Assembly (NCBI GenBank): GCA_051294905.1
Contig: CM119372.1
Span: 13,704,001 to 13,768,000, forward strand
Reading direction: 5' to 3'
DNA: 64,000 nt
From: Botryllus schlosseri
Taxonomy: Eukaryota
A model generated the notes under the pieces. That model saw only the letters and a program-made list of their open reading frames with translations, was not told the DNA's origin and searched no databases. Positions 47,001 to 59,000 of this stretch are shown here, piece after piece. Every line of letters begins with the position of its first letter. Positions within the stretch are counted from its first letter, which is position 1. A program made the position numbers and the translations under genes.

Positions 47001-50000
47001 TCCTTCACAATAAAGCGGTCATGCTTTGGACGTTTTTGTGAAGCAGCTGTTGTTTGTTCTTCATGTATTTTGTACCTCAACATACCCTGAATCAATCCTA
47101 AACCATTATCTGCCAACCTACATGCAATGCGCTTTCACAATCGCCGCCGGTAGCAGACTTCTTGATCACCTAATCAACAAGCTGCTGCTCTCGTGGCCAT
47201 TGAAGCATAGCCGATTAGCAAATCAAGAGCCGTGATTTCGTGATTACTAGTCTTCCCGCCGTTCTATGGTCGGTGGCACGCCCAGTCTTAGGCAGCTACT
47301 TTCAAACGCTTTGCACGAAATCTTAACGGCCTTCCTGTGAGTTTCTTTTAGGCCCATTGTCGTTTTTTATCAATAATCTATAGAATAAGACATTACAACG
47401 GAGGATTTGTAAGATTTGCCAAATTTTGGACAACCCTAGTGTTTATGGTGATACTCTCTATCATGTTTTGATACTATGGATCGAAATAGTTGAGCAAAAG
47501 CGGTCACTCATGGCTTGTTTGAAAGATGATATCTCTGACGCAGTGAATAGCACGTACTTATTCACACTAGGTATACAAAATGGTACACTAAATATTTTAA
47601 ACGCGGCTTGCGGCTCTCCTCGATGCAAATAATGCACTTCAATTTGTAGAAGGTGAACGGATATTTGGTGTTTCGCAGAGCGCGCGATGAAATCTACGTT
47701 TCTAACGATGAGGTCGAATTTGTATATCTAACAAGGATCGTTAGTTTGCTGAAATCAGCATCAGTTCACTGTGCAAAATACATAGTAGTGATCAATTTTA
47801 TCGGACTGTACAATCGGCCGGCAAGGTTGCGCTGATAACGAAATTGACAGACATGCCGCAAACCTGCAATAATTACAATTACAGGGTGCGCTAGTCCTAA
47901 CTAAATACCCAGATTTGACATTGGCAACGAGCACAATTTGTTCAGACGCGGTCATAAGTTTTAATCAAAAAGATACATAAACACAAACACAAACAATATT
48001 ACACTCAGAGATTGTTACTGTTTGGCGAAAGTGTTTCAGCGGACGGTAGTATAGGCCTGCATGCGGACGCGCACGTACTTATTCACACTAGGTATACGTT
48101 GTGGACTCTGTAAGGAAGTAACCAAAACTTATCAATGTTTAAAACAAGGTTATCTCGTCTTCTTGATTATATACACAAGGGTTGTTCAGATTTGAAAAAT
48201 TGTCAGGAAACTTCGATGCTTGTGACCAAAATGATGGTTTAGTACATAAAAACACTTTTATGAGCAATTTTGGTCATCTTCATCGTGATCTTCTATCCCC
48301 GAAAACCCCCCAAAGATCCACGGGGCAATTCTCCTTACTACTGGATATATAATGTTGACCGCGTCATCGGCTTATAGCTTTTGTGACGTTATCAGTTGAA
48401 AACGGCCATGTAGAGATGATATATTGCAATAAAATAGCCATGTTTTCAAAATTGTACTTGAGTGCAGTCCTATAAAGGCCACATGCATATCGGTTTCACT
48501 CTGCACAACCTGTCTATTATGTTCATGTGAATCATGTATTGGTTGCACGGTTGACATCGGCTAATTGTGGATCGTACATTGAAGAAGCGCCGATGGGTTG
48601 CAACAAATCTAGAGTAAATGCAGATATTTCCTGCTTCTTTTCTCCTAGTTTTCAGCAAGAAGATATTATTTAAAGGTATGTAATGTCAGTAATACTTTTC
48701 TGAACTTTAAATCATCTGTGAACTTTAAATCATCTGTAAAATACCGAGTTATCTTATTTTGTGGTAGACTGCAATTTAATTGCAGAAGAATGTCTGAAAC
48801 AAAGCGGATATGGGTTTTGCGGACCCACCATGAACAAAATTCAGGTCTGCCCACTATTTGGTCTGATATTCTGGTCACTATTCGGTCGGATGTTTATCTG
48901 AGTGTATTAGTCACTCCAAGTTACCAACTCTAGATGAGGTTCTACTACATCCGCCATATCTGAAAGAAAATTGCCCAGAAACTACCACAACACATGACTG
49001 TGTCCTTCCACCTGTTGAAGAGGTTGCCAACGTATAAAATATGACACGAATACCTATAAGGCAAGTGCTGAACAATGTGTTGATGCATTGTTTCAGGCAT
49101 TCTTCTTCAACTAAATTGCAGTCTACCATGAAATAAGATAACTCGGTATTTTACAGATGAGTTGAAGTTGAGAAAAGTATTACTGACATTAAATACCTTT
49201 GAATAATACCTTATGGCTGAAAACTAGCTGGGAATATCGGTGTTTGTTCACGAATTGCTACCCAACGGCGCTTCTTCAATGTACGATCCAAAACAAGGCA
49301 ATGTCAATGGTGCAACCAATACATGATTCCCACGAGCATGATAGACAGGTTTTGCTGAGGAAAACGGAGATGCATGTAGCCTTTACAGGACTGCATTTAA
49401 ATAAAATTTAAAAACATATAACGTCACAAAAGCTATAAACCGGTAACATGGTCAACACAACAGATCAAGCAGTAAGGAGAATTGCCCCGTGGATCTTTGG
49501 GGGCTTTTCGGGGATGAAAGATGACCAAAATTGCTCATGAAAGTGTTCTTATGTACTAAACCATCATTTGGGACACAAGCATCGAAGTTTCCTGACAATT
49601 TTTCAAATCTGAACAGCCCTAATTTACACGCTCGGTTGCCCTGCTCCCGTCCACCTTTGTGGCGTAGTTGGTTAGGCGTTGAAATTCTGAATCCAACAAT
49701 GTATTACTTGTTGGTCTCGCATCTCATTAAAGTCGTGTTTTACAGTTTTGAAACGTGAAGCAAAATTGTTCAGAACATTCGGCCGGTGCCAGCCAGATAA
49801 ATGTCAGATTTACACTACTTGCGACGTGGTATTAGTTTTCGCAGTAAAAGAAACACGTGGCAGAAAGCTTGTCAGTCAAACGTCATTCACAGAAGGTCTA
49901 TCAAAGCTACTTCATCGAAGATTCAAGAAATATAAACACGGGGCTTCATATCACTGTAAAGTAGGGGTGGTTGCAGATTCAAATCTCAAGCACAAGTAAT

Positions 50001-53000
50001 TATCTTAGAGTCGAGACAAATTTGAACGACACATTTCAACTATATTCCGTGATTGGAGCATGGGGTTAACGGGCTACGTCTGTTTCATTGATGGAAGTAT
50101 GTCGAGGGAATTTTCTATTTGACAATATCCCAAGTTCAAATCAGTCACCCACGAACAAAAATATTCGTCTGCTTAGGAAAAGCAGAAAGAATTTGTTGCC
50201 TCCGTAGAAGCGGCAGTTGATTTTAATACACATCAACAGTAACATTCATCCACAAAATTCCAACCTTCCCGCTTTTTCCAAATCCTCGATTTCACTATCA
50301 AACAGACTTTGCATGACCGACAGCCGCACACCCAGTCGATGTTGATTCGTTGGCGGAGACAGATGAACAACAACCTGGTGGTTTGAATTCAGTTAAAAGA
50401 CTAATAAGTCTCACCAGAACGTGCTCGGTATTGACATTGAAAAGGTAACCCGGCTATCAACAGAACATTGACCAAACATTCAATTCAATACCTCAAAATG
50501 TCTTCACTATCATAACTAGATGTCATCAACAATCTATACCAGGGGTGGGCAGACCAGCTTCATGTGCGAGCCGCATATCAAAAATATCAGCTATAAAAGA
50601 TCGAAAACTGTTACATCGAGAATTAGGTCGAGGTGGATGTTAGATTGAGAACCTCTCTGATCCTTCCGTATTGCACTGTACATTGTGTCTCAGGCAGAAA
50701 AATGATAAACCGCCAATACTAATATTATAAGATTAATTATTTAAAATCCGTCTATGAAAAGTAGAAACATACTCGAATGCCATACACATCCAGATGAGGC
50801 ACGACATCGTCAGTGGCGAACAGAACAAGCTGCGTCGACTCCTGAGAAACCTCACGGCTGACGATATCCAGCTCACCGTGAGACATGCTGCCATGGGCTG
50901 AAACAAATCGTACAGCCCAGTAACAAAACACAAACCAAGCCACCAACACAGCGTCGTACCGCACCGACCTTGAAAAGTGTAAAGTCCACGAGCTCGGAAG
51001 CATTCCGCAAGCCTTTCCGTCGATTTTGGATTATCCGTAAAAACGGCGACCGAACCTCTGCCTCGGTAAGAAGCGAGCAAATATTCGAGCAGAGACAATT
51101 GACTCTTGGAGGCAGTCATCACGGCTTTGTGCCGAACCTGTCCGATTAAAGCGAGTTCATGTGTCACAGAAATAACAGTCGGAAACCAAATGCCCGAGTG
51201 ATTAAATAACGAACAAGGTATCAATCATTATTATCCAAATGTTGCCTACTATGACAGGGAAGTTAGCGTAGTGGTGACGATAACCGCCCGCGACAAGGGC
51301 CGCCCGGCTTCGATTCCGCGTGGGAGGTCTATCTGGGCTTTTCTTACACCGCGCCGCTGTTCCTACGACGACAGAATGACCCGATGAGTGCGTGTGCGTC
51401 TTGATCGGATTAAAATATAATCTGATGATCGATTATTACAGTAAAAATGTTTTGCAAAGTCAAATATGCACCTTTTCGCAGTCGCATGGAAAGTAATGAC
51501 AATCACATGACTTCAAAATGAAAATTTTGATTGTTCTGACCATGATTATGTATAACGCTGTGTGAACATTCCGCAGGTCGATCACTATTCCCGGAAATGT
51601 GGTTTCCACAAATATTAGCTTCATGGTGTAACATATTCCAGGGTTCGAGTTACGATCGATCGAGGTTTCAAGGCTCTCACGGTGGGAAGACAATATCAAA
51701 CTATATTCCTGATGGATGAGACATTTGAGACAACTATTCCAGAACAATTGACTCTCCCTACTCGATTCCAATTATTAAAATTGTTACTCCACTTGGCGGT
51801 GTTCCACCTACTGGAAACAATGTCAAGTCTCACCCTGCCGAAAACCGCGGCTTCCAGAGGATCGCTAATCAGCAGGAGAGGGCGAGTTTTAGTGAACACC
51901 GTCATGAATGAGTCCATTCCTTTGGTCCATTGAGATCCGACGCAGATTATCTAACAAATCAGATCGAAAAGATTAGAAGAAGCAAGGTCGGAAATATCAT
52001 AATCATAATCGTCTCCGGAAACATTTTTTTCAGTGCTTATACTGCTCATCGAATCATGCCAGTATGACAAATAACTTCAACGTCAAAAATTAGCGGCTCG
52101 CGCTCGTCTATCAAAATTCGCGGCTTTAGCGTAAACTCACTTGTGGCGGCTTCATGACTCGCATGTGAACCGCAGCCGTCCTCAGGACGTTCGCAACAAT
52201 TTTCATAACGCCCCTGACCTCCTCCGAGAATTCCTCGAAGAGCAGATGAGCGCTGTCGAACACGAGATGCCGCAAGCTGGGACATGGGAGCTCGAATAAG
52301 AGACGTAAATACACCACCACGAAAAGCAACCAGCATCACTGTCCAAACTTCCGCTTTTAGAAGGTACAAACTTGGTTACGGCTTGCCTAATATACAGTGA
52401 CTTCATTCTACCTACTGTATTCTACCCAACACATTGGCTCAAATAATTTGGTCTGGAATATTTTGTCATGTTTGCCGTTTGATACCGAGAATCACCCTTG
52501 TGTCACATTGACAGAGTATTGCACTGAAATTCAGCTTTGATCACGACGCGCGGACCGTGGAAGTTTCAAAAAGTGACTGGAAATGGGTACACTTTCAAGT
52601 AAAATCAGTTACAATATGCCATACTAGTTTTGGACCATATTGAAAATGAGCAATTCAACTAGTATTTGATATCACAATCAATTTCAACAACACTATTTGA
52701 AATCAAACAGTGTAAGACCTCGGACACAACTTCGCTCTCCAAATTATTTCTATTCAACTCGGATATACAAATTACTTCAGTCAAGGACTAGTAAAGTTGG
52801 TCAAACAGAGCTGAGCTGCCACTCGCAATCAACGGAGCCAACATCAGTTTCATGATTTATCGTGGCGACCAATGAAAATTGCGCTCGGTCGTACAAGCAC
52901 CACGCGGAACGATGCCCTACCTGGAAAGATTCACGTATTTTGCATCGCAAATTCTGATGAACGACGCCGCACTGCAGATAAGCACGGAGCAACCGGATGC

Positions 53001-56000
53001 CAATCGGGAGGCTTTGATATTCTCGTCCGAGCTGCCGCCGCACACGGTTACCACCTTGTGTTGTCTCTCGGCAGTTTCCAAGAACGCTTCGAACAGGTAT
53101 TCGATTTTCTAAACAGATTGTTTGAGACATTATCACCCAGGGAGGAATATATCGTTCGTTGATGAATTATACTAGTAAGTAATAATAAAGATGACATCAT
53201 TGCAGATACTTCAGATGAATTATTAGATACCGTGAACGTGAGCGTACTACATGTTCTAAAATATATGATTCAGATAAAAAGAGGTCTCACGGCTGCTGTG
53301 TTGGGATAAAGTTTCGGTACATGACTATATTGACTAATACATCACCAATCGCAAAAATCTATACTCTATTCAGATTCGAGTACTAAAAACACACAGCCGT
53401 ATCAAATACTTTGAAGCAGGGGCATCTAGCTCGATTAACGTTACGGGTTGGATTCAAATCTTCACATCACTCGCGGGCAGGATTTCATAATGTTGCCTTA
53501 AAACCGAAACTTGAATACTTTATTATCAAGCCTATATCCAAAATAGTAGGCTATACTAAATTATATTTCGTATCATAGGGGTTCTATTGTAGCAACACCT
53601 TTATTCGAAACAATTGAATTGGCAAAATTACGATGATCAGCCTGTTGAATATAATAAGTCTCGTCCTTTGATGCTGGTGAGAGATTACAGACAGACTGTT
53701 CCGGCAGAAGATTTATTAGATTAGAGCTAATAATCCCAACTACATCTGCAGAAAGAAATGATGCGGGAAAGCAACATTACTGCACTACTGTTAGCGCGAT
53801 CGGCAACGTATATGAGCGATTTAGCGGTCTTCACAACAAACGTTGCGAGGCAAACTTGTGAATTCGCTATAGCGAGAATCAGGATATAACAGAATACAGT
53901 TATAAACCGGTGCAGAAACAAGCAATATAAGTTCGCATAGTTCTTTGCTACCTTTTCGCCATGATGTAGCGTGAGGAATACAAGGGATTTAACTGCAAAC
54001 TCGGACGTGGGAATTTGCTTCTTTATTTTTCTTTGCTCTTTATTATTAAATCGAGATTCGGGTTTCTCTGCCGGCGCAGGACCGTTCGAGTCAGAAGTGA
54101 TACACCAATGCGAACAGATATTTGAATTTTATTCTGTACAGCTTTTATATTATCCATGTAAGCTGCATATAACGGTTGCATGTTGGCGTTTTATCGAACT
54201 ACTTTTCGGTCCATTTTGGCATGTGAGCTCCGGTCACCACTTTTGTTGCCTTCTCAATATCGGGTGTCAATATAAGCAACTTGCTCGAATTGGAGTATCG
54301 AGTGAATCCTGAATACCGCAGTCAGATGGTTATATTGCGGCCTATGGACATACTCGACGTTTGCTATCTTTGGGGATTGTAAGTGGACGTATTTCTCAGA
54401 AAATACCTCAACATTTGCTAGAAATAGAGTTGATAATGCATGCACTTTACAATCTACTCAGAACTGCTTCTTGGGCTGGATGTTTGACAACCTTTCTCGA
54501 AAGCTTGTGGATACGGCAGGTACACACACCTGCCACTGATTTTGCAACAAAATTCTACATAATTGCGCATAGCCCCGTCATTAGGCAATATCTACTCTTC
54601 GGAAGCTCGTCGTATGAAAAATCAAACATCACCTGAGCTCTATTCCAGTTCGGAGTGATGACAACCGCCAACGGCGTTTCACATCTCTCGTTACGCGCCT
54701 TTGCCTGCTTGATGATCATGTGAGCCAGAGGCACGATGTAAGTCAACATCTTCCCGCCGCAACCAGGAGCCACAGCGACCACGTCGCGCTTCTCCATCAC
54801 GGCAGGCCACGCGTGTGCCTGAATCAATTTCGGACCTCGCAGGCGCAAGGTCGACTGAAGAAGAAATGGGGGTGTCAATTGCAGGCATCTGGCGCGCACA
54901 AGTGGTCAATAACGAAGTACTTCTACTTTTCTGCCTACTCAGGTACGTTTGTCTACTTGCACCAGATACCCACTTGGCAGTTTTTAGCATCTGAAACTTT
55001 TACCTGGAACAGTTGTTTTGGCAGATGTACCAAGTCTTTACAAATCAAATTTTAAAAAGTAGAAAATAGTTTTACCATATATTTGTATAAGCTTTATGAG
55101 TGAAGTGTCGTAGAAGTGAACATTGAAGATCAGTAACTGGATAAATATTTGATGATCGCGCCAAATTGTAGTATAACTAGTCATTTTTTGTCTTGAAATT
55201 TCCAAGTGGTCACTCATCAACTGAGAGAGACAGAGAGAAAGATTAGATTTATTCTCGTCTGCATCATCGAGACGCCTTGACGATGAAGATGCGATACAAC
55301 CTTTCAGGTAGGGTTATCTAGTCTGCATCACCATGATTTTTCTCATCCATCCTATCCCTGAATGCTGAGCGCCGAGCGGGATAGCCGCGGAATCCAGTTT
55401 CTGGAGTCTTTGATCTGACCCAGCCGGGGATTTAACCCACAACGTACCGATCAATAAGCCGGACGCATCACCATTACACTATCTTTCTCCGATTAACTGC
55501 TAAAAGTATACGACTCTTCAACCACTTACTTGCTACCAGCGTTTCCTATTTCAACTTGAAGTAGTGAAAATTGACATATCTGAGAAATCGCTACTGCTAT
55601 TTCTCCTTGAGAACCAACGCTGACTAATTTTGACAACCTCTACCGGCGCGAAATCCGAAAACCCACCTCCAGAACCCGGGAAAAATTCGAGAAAGGAGTT
55701 TTACAAAAGACTGGATACGGATTCGGTGGCTTGTGACCGCGAACAAGCACCACGCTGCCGGTGTGAATTTTATCGGGTACAAAGACGGATTTCAAAGGAG
55801 CGCGAGCTTTCGTCGGATTGTTATCGGCATCCGAATCAACAGAGCTAGCAGTCTCGGAGTCACCAGCGCTGCCTGTAAGTAACGATCGAATTACACGTTT
55901 CATCGATTCGTCAGGTCGTCGTACACACTTGTTGCGTCACTGTCGGAAATGGATCGTTTCGGAATGTGATTCAACAGATCGTTGTCGAGTCGATACGGTT

Positions 56001-59000
56001 CGATTTTGGCAGGCAAATTCCTACAAAAGAAACAAGTCAAGATTAACCACCAAAAAACCGAGGTCACGGGTCCATTGGAACGCATGATAATAACACAATT
56101 TTGCTCGAGCCGATCGCAATCGAACGAATGGTAGTGACGAGGACAGTTGTAATGGCAAATATCTTCCGATTCCTTCGGAATATCAAGCTACCAAGCGATG
56201 TCAGGTGATGTGCTTCAAAAGACATTCCTTCGAGGCTCTCAGCTAGAAAGATCAGCGTTACTGGTCCAATGCGACCGAAGACATCAAAATTATATCCACA
56301 AAATAGATAGTTCGCGAGTCGCTGTTGTGCCAATAACAAATTACGGAAGAATCCAAACTCACCTCTTCGCAGGGTCGACATCGAGCGGCTTATCAGATTT
56401 CTGACATGTTGTGTCGGAGTCCTCAACCGGCTTTCTTGCGTCTCGAGCAAAAATCTCCAGATCACGCTTAGTAACCTGACAGCTGAAATCCTTGCGTTTA
56501 ACGTGTTCCTCCCCATCATTGTCGGAAATCGGACTATCCTCTCCCGCCTGCGATCCGATTGAGCGCATGCGAACCACTTTTTTGTTAGCCGGCTGCCGAG
56601 GCGCACCTTTAACGCGGACTTCGCGCCGTTTTTTATCAGAGCTCCTGTGGCTTAAACGGCGCGGCCTATGTGACACGCCCTTGCATACCACTTCGGGGAC
56701 TACGTCGTCGGTGTCGTCACTTTCGCTGCCGTTGCACGGGGGCCACCCCGTAACGCCGTCATTCTCAAGCTTCGCGCAGACTGATTCGTCGTCGGAAGAA
56801 GGCCCTTCCGAAAAGTCGGACAAACAGTCTAGTGCGATCTAGGAAGACGTTCGAGTTGGTCAAGCGTGTCTCACAATAAGGTACAGCGGGTTAAACCTGA
56901 AAACTCCTCTGCGGGAATCGCGGTCGGCCGTTATTCGACGAGGTGTGTCTGCAAAGTATCAACCCAATTCAAGCAGCGTAATTGACTGATCCCCGGATCT
57001 GCGAGCAGCGTGCCGGGGTCGTCTGTACCGAAGCAGGTTTTGCCTACTTACTCAAGAGTGGTTATATTTTTAGATTGCATTCATTTATACTGAATAGGTT
57101 TTGAAAAAGTATTTGCTTTTTAAGCTTTCATTAATTGTAAAGTAGAGAGCGGTTTCGGGATTGGTTTGATCACTTTTTTGAGTGAAATGGTCATACTTGC
57201 GATGTCGCAATGTTTGCAGTAACCCATTTCCGATTTGCTGTACTACTAAATACACGGTTCAACAACCCAAATCTACTTTTCGAAACTTGAAACTCTTGGA
57301 AATCACTGTTTCTACTTATAATTGAGTAGAAGTTTACGGCATTACTTCCACTTCTATTTGAGTTGCAATACAGACTACTTTGACCAACTCTTGTATTCAT
57401 GGATAGTTTGTTGCTGGCCAGTAGAAGAATAGAACATAAGTACAGAAAAGATTTGAAATTCTTTTTCAATTCATCCGGAGGCCAATCTTACAGTCTATTT
57501 AGTCAAGATTGGTCAACTTGGTCAGGTAGGTTCTTAGTACTGAGATGAACGTTCATGCAAATGATACTTTTATAAAGTGGCAGCTGGCACTCTGCATTAT
57601 CGCAGGGAACTATATAAATTTACCTTCGCTAACAATGTACACAATATTTTCTGACCAAGTGAAACTGGGGTCACACATCCTTGTGCAGAATTCCAAACAC
57701 AAATTGCATTTTTTCAAATACTAGGCTTACTCACACTCTACAGACTCCAAACACAATGTTAATGGCCATGCATGTATGCCATAGCAACGTAAACCACAGT
57801 TCAACATGGAGCTTACCCCTTCGTAGATTCTTTCTTGGTTTCGGCAAATTCCATTCCGATAAGCTCGTCATTGAGAAACACGCGCTCATTCTCTATACAG
57901 CTTCCAGGCATGAATAATTTGATCCAAATCTTACCGGAGTGGTCCGTCTTCATCACAACTGCCTGCAACACCTTGTCCCGGCCTTAACATAGTTATTCAA
58001 TGCACGCGTTGGCTTACTGGCATTTCCGATAAATTTTGCACATTTCACCAAAAAAACAGCGGGTCGAATGGAACTACATATTTTTTCCAAATCAAACATG
58101 GATTGTAAAACAGCATCTCACCAATACACAATTCCTCCAAGAAAGCACAGGCAGCAGGATCCCATCCCGATTTCGAGCAAGCACTGGACCATTGGAACAA
58201 GTACAGGGTCAAGTACAAATCCGTCACGCCCACAACAAGCGACTCACACTTTATTCATGGTCTCTCTAAGGTAGTCCGGTTTCAGTTTCGCAGGAACAAT
58301 TCCGTGGAGACCAAAACACGCAGATTGGCACGGGACCATCCACACCCAGTCCGGAGCGTGGTAAACGCTTAGAACAAACGGTAACGATGAATGAAACAGC
58401 AAGCATACGAAATCAAAATAGCGTACCTTGTATTCGGCACCTGAGCGAATTTGAACTCGTCAAGAAGAACGCAGTCACAGTAAAGACCCATGCTGGCTGA
58501 TACAAATGTTTTGCGAATCTTGGCGCGGTGATATAGTCCGTTGTCTGTTTTCACTATGCAACGCTAATTACGAAACAAACCAGATGAGGTACGAGGACTA
58601 CAACACGAATATTCAATCACATAACAGATGTTCTAGTTTTGCTACTATTTCACCACTAACTACTTCCACTAGTACTCAAGTACCAAGACGACTACTTGGA
58701 CCACCTCTTCCAAACAGCAGGAAGGAAGAGAGTTCATTTTCATCTGCATCAGACGTGCTTGGACTACGGAGATTCACAGGATTGATTGAGTTGGCACCAC
58801 CATTTTGACTTTCTTCGTTGTCAAACAGCACTTAGCGGAGAAGCCTGTGATACCAGTGGTCTGACCAAGCTCCAGATGGAGCCCAAAACCAAATGATTAA
58901 ACTGTGTAAACACGACCACAACTACAAGCACACCACGATTATGAGCAGGTGCCTCAAATTCTTTGTGTTCCTGCATGCATTATACACTGCATATTAGTTT

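Noticed and set aside
56050..56190. Extra exon LDIPKESEDICHYNCP...
   Set aside because: Its phase is incompatible with the neighbours, which join directly.
58660..58830. Coding-like minus-strand stretch (SDADENELSSF...)
   Set aside because: Ends in a stop, and exons 2 and 3 join cleanly without it.
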